Source: a virus
Virus record (IMG/VR): IMGVR_UViG_3300032322_001517
Span: 32,001-96,000 of that record
DNA: 64,000 nt
Direction: 5' to 3' (one strand)
The notes under the pieces were generated by a model that saw nothing but the letters and a program-made list of their open reading frames with translations, was not told the origin of the DNA and ran no database searches. A program made the translations under genes and the position numbers. Numbering within the stretch: the stretch's first letter is position 1; every line of letters begins with the position of its first letter. Shown one piece after another: positions 1-8,663 of this stretch.

Positions 1-324
1 GCATATACAGGCAGAGATTATCTTGTTAAAGGTCAACTTGATGATTTCGGCAACCTGCTACACGAGGCTTGGATGGATAAGAAAGGCGTCGTGAGTGAAA
101 TATCTCAAGACTATTTCGATGTGGTATATGATAAAGCAATGAAAGCTGGTGCTCTTGGAGGTAAACTTTTAGGAGCTGGTGGTGGTGGATTCTTTTTGTT
201 CTATGTTCCTGAAGAGAACAGAGAAAATGTTATCGAAGAAATAACAACTGGCACAGAATGCAAGGTTTATGATTTTAAGTTTTCTGGACATGGAAGTCGA
301 ATCACAACGAGCATGATAGACTAA
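1..324 (+). CDS. GHMP-family sugar kinase (HddA-like heptose-phosphate kinase), 5'-truncated by window edge
   Basis: C-terminal GHMP motif GALGGKLLGAGGGGFFLF; frame open from window start. Confidence 0.8.
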   Translation, partial: AYTGRDYLVKGQLDDFGNLLHEAWMDKKGVVSEISQDYFDVVYDKAMKAGALGGKLLGAGGGGFFLFYVPEENRENVIEEITTGTECKVYDFKFSGHGSRITTSMID

Positions 325-334
325 ATAAAAGATA

Positions 335-363
335 TTGACATTAAATCATAATCGATTTAATAT
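335..363 (+). promoter_or_regulatory. sigma70-type promoter
   Basis: TTGACA-17 bp-TAATAT upstream of ORF 389. Confidence 0.6.
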
Positions 364-388
364 ATGTTATGGAACAATGGATCAGTAA

Positions 389-769
389 ATGGATAATAGT
401 AACAATATAATATCTTTTCCTAGACCATACATTGGACCAAAAAACGAGTTAGACTCTGCTGAAATAGCTCGTAATTTAGAAATGATGAAACACTATCACA
501 TTCAAGAAACGATTGCTAATATCACACCAATTGTTTTCGCGCAGTTAGAAGTAGCTGGCTTCGATATATCTGATGAAGATACATTCGATGTGAAGGATGG
601 TGCGTTTTTGGTAGAATCATTGAGGTCTATGTTATGTAAATACTATGGTATGTATCATCCATTCCAGCAAATATCAGAGAATGTTTTCTTCCCAGATAAA
701 GAAGAAATTGGCGCTCTGAAAATTGCTGACTCTATAAATCTCAATCTTAAAAAGAGTGAAACCAACTAA
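389..769 (+). CDS. hypothetical protein
   Basis: 126-aa ORF in operon with rnh. Confidence 0.7.
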   Translation: MDNSNNIISFPRPYIGPKNELDSAEIARNLEMMKHYHIQETIANITPIVFAQLEVAGFDISDEDTFDVKDGAFLVESLRSMLCKYYGMYHPFQQISENVFFPDKEEIGALKIADSINLNLKKSETN

Positions 770-779
770 CAGGTGATTT

Positions 780-1652
780 GTGATTATTGTAGACTTGAAC
801 CAAGTGATGCTTTCTAATTTGTTGATGTCTCTCGGTAAGCATACTAATGCTTCAATCGAAGAAAATATGGTTCGACATATGGTGCTAAACTCTCTGCGTT
901 CTTATCGCGTAAAGTTTGGCGAAGAGTACGGCGAGCTTGTTATCGCTTGCGATAACACCAACTACTGGCGCCGTCAGCTATTCCCTTATTACAAGGCTAA
1001 TCGCAAGAAGAACCAGGAAGCTTCTGAGCTTGATTGGAAAGCTATCTTCGAATGTCTCAACAAGATCCGTCAAGAACTGAAGGATTACTTCCCTTATCGA
1101 GTTATTGATATTGAATCAGCAGAAGCTGATGATATTATCGGTACACTTGTTAAGGAATTTGGCACAGGCGAAGAGGTAATGTTTGGCCTCGACGAAAAGA
1201 TCCTTATCCTTTCTGGTGATAAGGATTTTATCCAACTTCATGTTTATAAGAATGTGAAGCAGTATGATCCTACTCGTAAGAAGTGGGTTTCCCATACGGA
1301 CCCAGATAAGTATCTATATGAACATATCCTTAAAGGAGATGCGGGCGATGGCGTTCCTAACGTACTTTCTTCTGACAATTGTTTTGTTGTTGGGGTACGC
1401 CAGAAACCACTAACTCAAAAGAAAATAGATTCTCTTGAGGAACTTGGTTTGGATGGTAAGTTTGACCACCCATTGTATCGCAATTATATGCGCAACAAGC
1501 AGTTGATCGATCTTAGGCATACACCGAAACAAATTTGTGAAAAGGTTATGGAGTCCTTCAAAAATCAAGAAGGCAAGGACCGTTCTAAGCTAATGAATTA
1601 TTTTATTACTAATAAGCTTCGTAATTTAACAGAACATATTGGAGAATTTTAA
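780..1652 (+). CDS. rnh: T4-like RNase H / 5'-3' exonuclease
   Basis: IIVDLNQ, YWRR..FPYYKANRK, EADDIIG, ILSGDKDFIQL, GDAGDGVPN motifs. Confidence 0.95.
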   Translation: MIIVDLNQVMLSNLLMSLGKHTNASIEENMVRHMVLNSLRSYRVKFGEEYGELVIACDNTNYWRRQLFPYYKANRKKNQEASELDWKAIFECLNKIRQELKDYFPYRVIDIESAEADDIIGTLVKEFGTGEEVMFGLDEKILILSGDKDFIQLHVYKNVKQYDPTRKKWVSHTDPDKYLYEHILKGDAGDGVPNVLSSDNCFVVGVRQKPLTQKKIDSLEELGLDGKFDHPLYRNYMRNKQLIDLRHTPKQICEKVMESFKNQEGKDRSKLMNYFITNKLRNLTEHIGEF

Positions 1653-2104
1653 TGGCTGTTTCTGTAGCACATTTTCTAGATAAAGTAGGTAAACTGAAGA
1701 GAACGCAAGAAAAGATCGATGCTCTCAAGTTCAATGACAGTTATGTTTTGCGCATAGCACTTCAGGGAATTTATGATCCAAACATTAAGTTTGATCTGCC
1801 TGAAGGCACTCCCCCATTCAAGCCAAATGAACTTGTAGATCAAGAGCATGTTTTCATCAGCGATGCTAGATACATCACATACTTTATCAAAGAAATGCAT
1901 CCAGATATTTTACCTATGAAGCGGGAATCTCTCTTCATCGAGTTTCTAGAAAGGTTGGATCCAAGAGATGCTAACCTTGTAATTCAGATGAAGGAAAAGA
2001 AGCCCATCAAAGGTATTACGCTTCAGCATGTTGTTGAAGCATTGCCAGGATTGATTCCTGGAGTTGAGCCTACGAAACAGGAACTAGAGGAGCAAAATGT
2101 CTAA
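1652..2104 (+). CDS. conserved T4-like phage hypothetical protein
   Basis: DPNIKFDLPEGTPPF motif, typical position downstream of rnh. Confidence 0.7.
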   Translation: MAVSVAHFLDKVGKLKRTQEKIDALKFNDSYVLRIALQGIYDPNIKFDLPEGTPPFKPNELVDQEHVFISDARYITYFIKEMHPDILPMKRESLFIEFLERLDPRDANLVIQMKEKKPIKGITLQHVVEALPGLIPGVEPTKQELEEQNV

Positions 2105-2327
2105 AAACGGTTTCAAAAAGTTTAAGAAGAACGACTATTCTTATGAAGACGAGGAGTATGAAGATAAGCCTCGTTCTCATTATCTAGATCGAAAAAAGGA
2201 ACGTAGAATAGAAAGAGCTCTACGCACCAAGGATATTTCTATTCTAACGGAAGAAGAGTACGAGGATCTAGAAACTTTGGACCATTGGTCTCAAGAAGAT
2301 TATAAAAACTCTATGAGAGGGCAATAA
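2097..2327 (+). CDS. hypothetical protein
   Basis: charged 76-aa ORF with GAGGAG RBS, overlapping upstream stop. Confidence 0.65.
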   Translation: MSKNGFKKFKKNDYSYEDEEYEDKPRSHYLDRKKERRIERALRTKDISILTEEEYEDLETLDHWSQEDYKNSMRGQ

Positions 2328-2331
2328 TTTA

Positions 2332-2574
2332 ATGCCCACATATCGTTTTCTTAATAATGAAACAAGTGAGGAGTACGAGGAATTTATGAGCATATCAGCT
2401 CTAGATGTTTATCTTAAAGATAATCCTCATTTAACGCAACTCGTAAACGGTGCACCTCTAATCGCATCTGGCAGAGGAATGGGGAAGCCTGAACAAGGCT
2501 TCCGCGATCTTCTAAAAGAAATCAAAAAGAAAAACCAAAGAGGTATTTCAAGGAGCACCATTAATACTTTTTAA
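2332..2574 (+). CDS. conserved small phage protein (FmdB-like N-terminus)
   Basis: MPTYRF..E..EEYEEFMSIS start, typical of the gene before phoH in T4-like phages. Confidence 0.7.
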   Translation: MPTYRFLNNETSEEYEEFMSISALDVYLKDNPHLTQLVNGAPLIASGRGMGKPEQGFRDLLKEIKKKNQRGISRSTINTF

Positions 2575-2583
2575 AGGTTAATA

Positions 2584-3324
2584 ATGGAAGAGACAAAGAG
2601 ACTAACAAGAAAAGAAAAAAGAATTCTTCGTCAAAATGGAAAGGTAGTGCCTCAAGAAAAATTAAACTTTAATCTTAAACATTTTGAGCCATTAACAAAA
2701 AATCAAAGACTTTCTTTTGAAGCATATGATGCGGGTAAAAATCTTATGCTTCATGGAATCGCTGGTACAGGGAAGAGCTTCATCTCTATGTACCTTGCTT
2801 TAAAACAAGTTCTTACAGAAAACAGTCCCTTTAAGAAAGTTGTTATTGTTAGAAGTGTCGTTCCTACAAGAGACATGGGTTTCCTACCTGGAAATTCTAA
2901 AGAGAAGGCGAAGGTATACGAAGCACCTTACTACGCCATCTGTACAGAACTTTTCGGTAGAGGAGACGCGTATGAGTATCTCAAGTCGAAGGGTATTGTC
3001 GAGTTTATTAGCACATCTTTCATTAGGGGCATCACTCTTAATGATACTATCATTATCGTTGATGAAATGGCTAACATGACCCTTCACGAACTTGACTCTG
3101 TCATTACTCGAGTTGGTAAAAACTGCCGAATTATTTTTTGCGGCGACTTTAGACAGTCTGACTTCATTAAGAAGCAAGATAAAGATGGACTTATGGACTT
3201 CATGCGTATTATTGAGCGCATGAAGTCTTTTATTTTTGTGGACTTTATTGAACAAGATATCGTTAGAAGTTCCATGGTTAAGGACTATATTATTATGAAG
3301 GATAGATTAGGAATTGTCGCGTAA
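2584..3324 (+). CDS. phoH: PhoH family ATPase
   Basis: GIAGTGKS P-loop, MGFLPG, FIRGITL, IIVDE, CGDFRQSD. Confidence 0.95.
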   Translation: MEETKRLTRKEKRILRQNGKVVPQEKLNFNLKHFEPLTKNQRLSFEAYDAGKNLMLHGIAGTGKSFISMYLALKQVLTENSPFKKVVIVRSVVPTRDMGFLPGNSKEKAKVYEAPYYAICTELFGRGDAYEYLKSKGIVEFISTSFIRGITLNDTIIIVDEMANMTLHELDSVITRVGKNCRIIFCGDFRQSDFIKKQDKDGLMDFMRIIERMKSFIFVDFIEQDIVRSSMVKDYIIMKDRLGIVA

Positions 3325-3979
3325 AACATTCAAACATAGGTTCGTGCCTTTCGCCGAACTAACAACAGAAACGATCAACGGGCAGCGACATTACGTCCTG
3401 CCCGATGGCGTAACTAAGCTCAAGTCAGTGACCACTATCTTATCTGAAAAGATGGATAAAACTGCATTGTTGGAGTGGAAAAAGAGAGTTGGGCATGAAG
3501 AAGCACAAAAGATATCTACACAAGCAGCTCGTAGAGGAACAGCTATACATTCTATGGCTGAACGATATGTACTAAACGAACCTCAGTACATTAAAGAAAA
3601 CGAGATGCCTGTCAATGTGGATTCGTTCAAACCTATTCAAAAAGAACTGGATCTTCATGTAGACAACATCATGGGCATTGAGCTACCATTATATTCTAAG
3701 GCGCTCAAATGCGCTGGTAGGACTGATTTGGTAGCTGAATACGATGGTACTCTTTCGATTATTGATTTTAAAACAAGTAAAAGATTAAAGCAGCCTGAGT
3801 GGATCGAAAGCTATTTCTTGCAGTCCACCATATATTCTATGATGTTTGAATGGACATATAGAATAGCAGTGCCTCAGATCGTCATCATTATCTCTGTCGA
3901 TAATGAAATGACGCCCCAGGTGTTTAAGCTGGGGCGTTCTCAATTCGTCAACAGAGCGTTAGAAATTTTTACTGGATAA
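3314..3979 (+). CDS. PD-(D/E)XK exonuclease (Cas4-like)
   Basis: SVTTIL, RGTAIH, AGRTD, IIDFKTS motifs. Confidence 0.85.
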   Translation: MSRKTFKHRFVPFAELTTETINGQRHYVLPDGVTKLKSVTTILSEKMDKTALLEWKKRVGHEEAQKISTQAARRGTAIHSMAERYVLNEPQYIKENEMPVNVDSFKPIQKELDLHVDNIMGIELPLYSKALKCAGRTDLVAEYDGTLSIIDFKTSKRLKQPEWIESYFLQSTIYSMMFEWTYRIAVPQIVIIISVDNEMTPQVFKLGRSQFVNRALEIFTG

Positions 3980-4627
3980 TATTTTATTTTTTTGTTCTAT
4001 AAATTTACGATAATCTATGTCAACAATTTTTTCTCGTATCAATACATTTGATACTAATGATACACGCTTTACTTCGCTTTGATTTGTTTCTGTACCATGT
4101 AACAACCAAGCAGGTATTACGATAGCTTGGCCGATTTTTGGTTTGTGTTGATAGATCATATTAGTTTGTCTGTCTTTGTTGACAAATTCACCTTTTCGTG
4201 GACCCATCCATCCTCTGTTTCCTCGAGGATCATATACGTCAAAGTCACCTGTTTTTGAATCAACATATACATAATATGTAATGGCTAACGTATTAGCGCC
4301 ATGTTCATGTGGACGTTGATGCTTTCCTGGCGGAATAGTTTTTAGCCAACCATGTACCAGTTCAAAATCTGATGGTTCGTAATTTGCATTATAATGATGG
4401 TTGACAAACTGTGCAGACATGTAAAGAAAGTAGTCGTACATTTTTTGTACGCCTATATTTTCTTTTCTTAAATTCCAGATTTGTTTCTCTTCGCTAAATC
4501 CCCATTGATTATTATCTGACAATGGTAAAATATGCTTGTTTATTTCTTCATATTCTGGAACTTCAAATACACTTAAAGGTGTAGGAAATAACTTATGATG
4601 AGTTGTATCCATTCTAAACCTTTTCAA
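3959..4627 (-). CDS. putative 2OG-Fe(II) oxygenase (TIGR02466-like)
   Basis: LFPTP start, HEH, DPRG, IPAWLLHG..N...RVSL. Confidence 0.85.
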   Translation of the reverse strand: MKRFRMDTTHHKLFPTPLSVFEVPEYEEINKHILPLSDNNQWGFSEEKQIWNLRKENIGVQKMYDYFLYMSAQFVNHHYNANYEPSDFELVHGWLKTIPPGKHQRPHEHGANTLAITYYVYVDSKTGDFDVYDPRGNRGWMGPRKGEFVNKDRQTNMIYQHKPKIGQAIVIPAWLLHGTETNQSEVKRVSLVSNVLIREKIVDIDYRKFIEQKNKILSSKNF

Positions 4628-4632
4628 GTCAA

Positions 4633-4716
4633 TGGCGGAGGGTAAAGGAATCGAACCATCAACCTTTCGGTGGCAGAGTTTTCAAGACTCGTTGAGCACC
4701 ATGCTCGCTACCCTCC
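4633..4716 (-). tRNA. tRNA-Ser(TGA)
   Basis: cloverleaf with long variable arm, loop CT-TGA-AA, 3' GCCA. Confidence 0.85.
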
Positions 4717-4720
4717 AAAT

Positions 4721-4796
4721 TGGCACCCCACCGAGGACTCGAACCCCGCTCGTCGGTTTTGGAGACCGATACATCGCCCCTGAATGCTTGTGGGAT
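4721..4796 (-). tRNA. tRNA-Trp(CCA)
   Basis: TCGGT-CT CCA AA-ACCGA, GGTTCGAGTCC, CCA end. Confidence 0.9.
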
Positions 4797-4802
4797 ATAC
4801 TA

Positions 4803-4810
4803 TATTTATA
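4803..4810 (-). promoter_or_regulatory. T4-type late promoter TATAAATA
   Basis: exact TATAAATA on minus strand just upstream of tRNA-Trp. Confidence 0.5.
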
Positions 4811-4900
4811 TGGCGGAAGGTGAGAGATTCGAACTCTCGGTAGAGTTTACCCTACGTCTCGTTAGCAGTGAGGTGCCTTAAACCACTCGGCCAACCTTCC
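4811..4900 (-). tRNA. tRNA-Ser(GCT)
   Basis: class II cloverleaf, loop CT-GCT-AA. Confidence 0.9.
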
Positions 4901-4909
4901 GTGTTAAAA

Positions 4910-4987
4910 TGGTCTGCGTGGAGAGATTTGAACTCCCGTTATTCTTCGTCCCAAACGAAGTGCCATACCAGGCTAGGCGACACGCAG
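4910..4987 (-). tRNA. tRNA-Pro(TGG)
   Basis: CTTCG-TT TGG GA-CGAAG, C1-G72. Confidence 0.9.
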
Positions 4988-5452
4988 ATATTTTTTTAAA
5001 TATGCATCGATAATAGGTTGAACTTCATCTTTATATCTACTATGCACATATTGATGATGTGTAGGACACAAAGGTACAAGGTTCTCAGGTCTATTATCTT
5101 TCTTGTTCTCATTTACATGATGAGCCGCAACAATTTTACTTTCTTCACACACCAAACATTTTTTTCCGTGATGATAAAAACATGTCGATTGATACGACTC
5201 TTCTTTCCAATTACCATTATTTATGCCTGTTCTAAAATACTTATTGGAACATGAGTACGAACAAGTAGCACTTTTTTTACTGTGTATTTTTTTACAAACA
5301 GGACACTCTTTTTGATTTTGTGGATTAGATCTACAAGATCTTTCATGTTTGTTTATGTTTGCTAATGATGTTTCTTTAGCACAATGTACACATTTTCTTT
5401 TTTCGTTATTAGCTCTGTTTAAATTAGATAGAGAATTTTTGTTAACTTGCAT
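4973..5452 (-). CDS. HNH homing endonuclease with zinc-binding motifs
   Basis: CxxC repeats and HHVNENKKDNRPENLVPLCPTHH; free-standing in tRNA array. Confidence 0.9.
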   Translation of the reverse strand: MQVNKNSLSNLNRANNEKRKCVHCAKETSLANINKHERSCRSNPQNQKECPVCKKIHSKKSATCSYSCSNKYFRTGINNGNWKEESYQSTCFYHHGKKCLVCEESKIVAAHHVNENKKDNRPENLVPLCPTHHQYVHSRYKDEVQPIIDAYLKKYLRVA

Positions 5453-5470
5453 AAATTACCTCCATACAAG

Positions 5471-5478
5471 TATTTATA
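5471..5478 (-). promoter_or_regulatory. T4-type late promoter for HNH gene
   Basis: TATAAATA followed by GGAGG RBS and ATG. Confidence 0.65.
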
Positions 5479-5505
5479 AAAACTCAAATCTCAAACTCTA
5501 AACTC

Positions 5506-5582
5506 TGGTGCTGAAGATTGGCATCGAACCAATTTTAACTGGGGTATGAGTCCAGTGCGATAGCCAATACCGCCCCATCAGC
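5506..5582 (-). tRNA. tRNA with CAT anticodon (Met or Ile2), atypical
   Basis: loop CT-CAT-AC, GGTTCGATGCC T arm, mismatches in stems. Confidence 0.7.
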
Positions 5583-5588
5583 ATATTA

Positions 5589-5675
5589 TGGTGGGTAGAG
5601 AAGGATTCGAACCTCCAACGCCTATAAGGAACGAATTTACAGTCCGTCGCAGTCCACCGTCTCTGCAGTCTACCC
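5589..5675 (-). tRNA. tRNA-Tyr(GTA)
   Basis: loop CT-GTA-AA, long variable arm. Confidence 0.9.
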
Positions 5676-5690
5676 AAACTTTATACTCTT

Positions 5691-5719
5691 ATATTACCCT
5701 AGACCGGAATTAAAGTCAA
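5691..5719 (-). promoter_or_regulatory. phage early promoter (conserved family)
   Basis: TTGACT-TTAATTCCGG..(17 bp)-TAATAT. Confidence 0.75.
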
Positions 5720-5720
5720 C

Positions 5721-5796
5721 TGGTACCCACTCTTGGATTCGAACCAAGTCTTCAAGATCCACAATCTCGCGTGCTGACCAACAACACTAAGTGAGC
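5721..5796 (-). tRNA. tRNA-His(GTG), no G-1, A73
   Basis: CGAGA-TT GTG GA-TCTTG; ends AGTGGGT-A-CCA. Confidence 0.9.
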
Positions 5797-5801
5797 ATAA
5801 C

Positions 5802-5878
5802 TGGTGCCCGTGGAGGGAGTCGAACCCCCAACACTCGGAGTTTGAAGCCGATGCCTCTGCCAATTGGACTACACGGGC
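5802..5878 (-). tRNA. tRNA-Leu(CAA), short variable loop
   Basis: Leu-type D arm GTCCAATTGGCAGAGGC, loop TT-CAA-AC. Confidence 0.8.
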
Positions 5879-5883
5879 GAAAA

Positions 5884-5959
5884 TGGTGCTGCTGGAGAGG
5901 CTCGAACTCCCGACTTGCTGATTACTAATCAGCTACTCTACCAACTGAGTTACAGCAGC
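5884..5959 (-). tRNA. tRNA-Thr(AGT)
   Basis: GCTGA-TT AGT AA-TCAGC; body similar to tRNA-Thr(TGT) at 9445. Confidence 0.9.
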
Positions 5960-5963
5960 GATT

Positions 5964-6040
5964 TGGTGCCCCAGGTCAGATTCGAACTGACAACCTTCGG
6001 TTTCTAAGACCGACACCTCTACCAGTTGGGCTACAGGGGC
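5964..6040 (-). tRNA. tRNA-Leu(TAG), short variable loop
   Basis: TCGGT-CT TAG AA-ACCGA. Confidence 0.88.
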
Positions 6041-7029
6041 TTGACTTTTTTCAATTCTGCAATTATTGCAGATGTTTTAGAACTTCTATCATTTTGCTCA
6101 GTGAGATTAGCTATCTCAATTTCTATCAAGTCATTCAAAATTCGAGGATCATAATTGTTCGAATTGGTGATCAACGTCTGAACTCTGTTTTCCATATTAC
6201 AAAATTCATATACAAGATGTTCAGAATATTCTCCGATCAAACCCTTTACAGTTTCTCGGCTAATGTCAAGATTATGTTTAAAGTATTTTGTTCCGTATAT
6301 AGAATGATACAGCCCAGCAAGTAAAACATCATCAGTAAGTTTTTGATTTTCTAAAATCATCATTGTATTAAATAAATGTTCGAAAAAAGATTTACCACTA
6401 TGTTTTATATTAGTAGTGTTGTTCTGAACAAATTTGACAGGTTCGCTAATAATTCTAGGATCAAATGTTTTAAAAACAAGAACTGTTCTAAGAACATTAC
6501 AAATTCTTGATAACGGACGAGCAGCATGGAGAACATCAGAATCAAAAACTAGAACCCTGCCATATTTAGGTAATATCGAAGCAGAAATTTCTTTATCATC
6601 ATCGAAAAGAACTGTTTCTCCACACCAATTAATATCCCATTCTTTGTTTAAATAAAGAATAACAGTTTCAGAAAGAGCCTTTTTTCCATGAATTACGTTG
6701 ATAGCTGAGTCATCAACATGAGCATAACCATCTGTGCCATAAGTATATCCATTAACATATACTCTCATTAATGCTCTATGGCCAATGCTTGCGCAAATAA
6801 TATTCCAAAGATCATTTATTTCTGTAGCACTACTCATCGTTGGCAATTTAGCTAGATCGCATGGAAACCTTTGAGAATTAGAAAATATTTTGCGATTCCA
6901 ATGACCTTGGTCGAATGTAAGATGAGTACTTGATTTCCAACCATATCTTAAACCAGTTTGGATATATTTTCTATTAACTACTTCTAATAAAAATAAATGT
7001 TCTTGATCAAGTTGAAAAGTGCCAATCAT
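6031..7029 (-). CDS. 2OG-Fe(II) oxygenase fused to HD-like (DUF6817-like) domain
   Basis: GYAHVD, WCGETV, LHAARP..R..LVFK; C-terminal HSGKSFFEHL...AGLYHSIYGT. Confidence 0.8.
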   Translation of the reverse strand: MIGTFQLDQEHLFLLEVVNRKYIQTGLRYGWKSSTHLTFDQGHWNRKIFSNSQRFPCDLAKLPTMSSATEINDLWNIICASIGHRALMRVYVNGYTYGTDGYAHVDDSAINVIHGKKALSETVILYLNKEWDINWCGETVLFDDDKEISASILPKYGRVLVFDSDVLHAARPLSRICNVLRTVLVFKTFDPRIISEPVKFVQNNTTNIKHSGKSFFEHLFNTMMILENQKLTDDVLLAGLYHSIYGTKYFKHNLDISRETVKGLIGEYSEHLVYEFCNMENRVQTLITNSNNYDPRILNDLIEIEIANLTEQNDRSSKTSAIIAELKKVKPL

Positions 7030-7048
7030 ATTATACTTCCTTTTATTA

Positions 7049-7123
7049 TGGAGCGGGTAGTCGGGATCGAACCGACGACCTTCACGTTGGCAACGTGACG
7101 CACTACCGCTGTGCTATACCCGC
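7049..7123 (-). tRNA. tRNA-Gly(GCC)
   Basis: TCACG-TT GCC AA-CGTGA, GCGGG start, U73. Confidence 0.92.
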
Positions 7124-7128
7124 ATTAA

Positions 7129-7205
7129 TGGTGATCAGGGAAGGACTCAAACCCTCAACCTTCGCGTTCGTAGCGCGATGCTCTATTCAGTTGAGCTACC
7201 TGATC
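7129..7205 (-). tRNA. tRNA-Arg(ACG)
   Basis: TCGCG-CT ACG AA-CGCGA. Confidence 0.9.
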
Positions 7206-7364
7206 ATCGAAAGGATCAATACCCTTTCTGTAATACTTATTGTAAAAGAAAAGCTCTGCCATATCAGAAGGATATTCTTTAAACTTCTTACGCTCGGCAG
7301 AGCTTATATTGTCAAACCAATTCCAAAATTGTTTCTTGAACTCTGGCTTGTCGAATACGTCCAT
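7155..7364 (-). CDS. hypothetical protein reading into tRNA-Arg
   Basis: TAATG-coupled to the upstream methyltransferase; FWNWFD motif. Confidence 0.6.
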   Translation of the reverse strand: MDVFDKPEFKKQFWNWFDNISSAERKKFKEYPSDMAELFFYNKYYRKGIDPFDDQVAQLNRASRYEREG

Positions 7365-7951
7365 TAGATATTAGAAAGGGTTTTATTTTGCTTGAAACAA
7401 AACCAGCAAGTGGAAGGTGTAACACCAACACTTTCATTGGCTAGATGCTCTGTAACAGCCTTTCTGATTCCAGGATATGGCTCAGCGAAATCATGTCCAC
7501 CAATAAGACCACCAACCTTTACCTTTGGGAACCACGCCTTTAGATCTCCAAGGAAAGACTTGTAGTCATGAGAAGCATCAATGAATACAAAGTCGAGAGA
7601 CTCATCTTCATAAAGGCTGGCTGACTCAGTGCTATCTCCCTTGATAGCAGTATAGAGACCTTCAACTGGCTTCATGTTATTGACGAACACTTCCATCAAC
7701 TTTCCTGCCTGGTTGTCTCTATCAAGCATCTGGCCAGGTTCAATAACAGAACCAGTGAAGTTGTCAATACAATCTAGCTTGATGTTCTTTCCACTGTTAA
7801 CAATTTCTACAGCAAGGAAGGCTGAACTCTGACCCTTCCAAGTTCCAATCTCAACAAAGTGAGCATCCTGCGGTGCAGTTTCTACTGCATATGCAAACAT
7901 GTCAGGGTAATTAAACCAACCTTCAACTGTGTGATAAAAATGATCCATCAA
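7364..7951 (-). CDS. class I SAM-dependent methyltransferase (Methyltransf_24-like)
   Basis: VEIGTWKGQS, DFVFIDASHDY, KVGGLIGGHDF. Confidence 0.9.
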   Translation of the reverse strand: MMDHFYHTVEGWFNYPDMFAYAVETAPQDAHFVEIGTWKGQSSAFLAVEIVNSGKNIKLDCIDNFTGSVIEPGQMLDRDNQAGKLMEVFVNNMKPVEGLYTAIKGDSTESASLYEDESLDFVFIDASHDYKSFLGDLKAWFPKVKVGGLIGGHDFAEPYPGIRKAVTEHLANESVGVTPSTCWFCFKQNKTLSNI

Positions 7952-7960
7952 TCTCTCCTA

Positions 7961-8641
7961 TTAATCCGTATCCATAACAATGTCGCCAGAAACAGCAATT
8001 CGATAATCATCTGACGTATAGAACGGATTCACCGAATGACCCAAACCCTTGGGGAACACGCAAATAATTCCTTCGTATTCCTTATCAACAGGAACTGGGT
8101 GACTATGAACCTGACCCAAAATATCTGTGTAATAGAAGGTGAACATCGAAGCGCACTTATAAGTTGCGTTCGGGAATACTGCCATCTCATCTTCAATATT
8201 ATAAGGGATTTTGGTCCAAATAACAAACGAATAAACACCGCCATGAATATGATGAGGATGAAACTCATGCTTCTTCTGGAAGTTTGCCCATACATCCTTG
8301 AACTTGAACTTCCTAGGATGAGAAGCAACGTTCACGACCTGATTGATAAAGTGTGGTCGAGAATGGTGATCGTGCATTTGAATCAAGCTACAAATATAAT
8401 CCAACAGTACAGGAGCTAGTTCCTTTGTAAAATCAAATTCCTTAGCAATGTTAGCTGTTAGCTTGTACCCTGCTTCCATACCACCTTCAAAATCCTTGTC
8501 GACAAGGCTGTTAGTTACATCCCTAACCTTGGACATAATTTCTTCAGGAACACGATGGAATACTACACCGTTATTGGGGAACGTATAGAAAAGAGCTTGG
8601 TCGCCCTGTAAACTCGAAATTGCATCTGCCATTATTATCAC
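7961..8641 (-). CDS. putative 2OG-Fe(II) oxygenase
   Basis: WANFQKKHEFHPHHIH, FPKGLGHSVNPF, RIAVSG. Confidence 0.85.
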   Translation of the reverse strand: MIIMADAISSLQGDQALFYTFPNNGVVFHRVPEEIMSKVRDVTNSLVDKDFEGGMEAGYKLTANIAKEFDFTKELAPVLLDYICSLIQMHDHHSRPHFINQVVNVASHPRKFKFKDVWANFQKKHEFHPHHIHGGVYSFVIWTKIPYNIEDEMAVFPNATYKCASMFTFYYTDILGQVHSHPVPVDKEYEGIICVFPKGLGHSVNPFYTSDDYRIAVSGDIVMDTD

Positions 8642-8663
8642 CTTTCATTATAGATATGTCTTA

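Noticed and set aside
3314-3979. Cas4-like gene as sign of a CRISPR system
   Set aside because: No repeat-spacer array or other cas genes seen; this is a standard phage exonuclease.
4633-4716. Possible tRNA-Sec
   Set aside because: Anticodon is TGA, not TCA, and the acceptor stem is 7 bp.
5802-5878. Possible UGA-suppressor (TCA) reading of CTTCAAA
   Set aside because: Stem register TCGG/CCGA centres the loop on CAA; D arm and A73 are Leu-type; TGA ends many genes normally.
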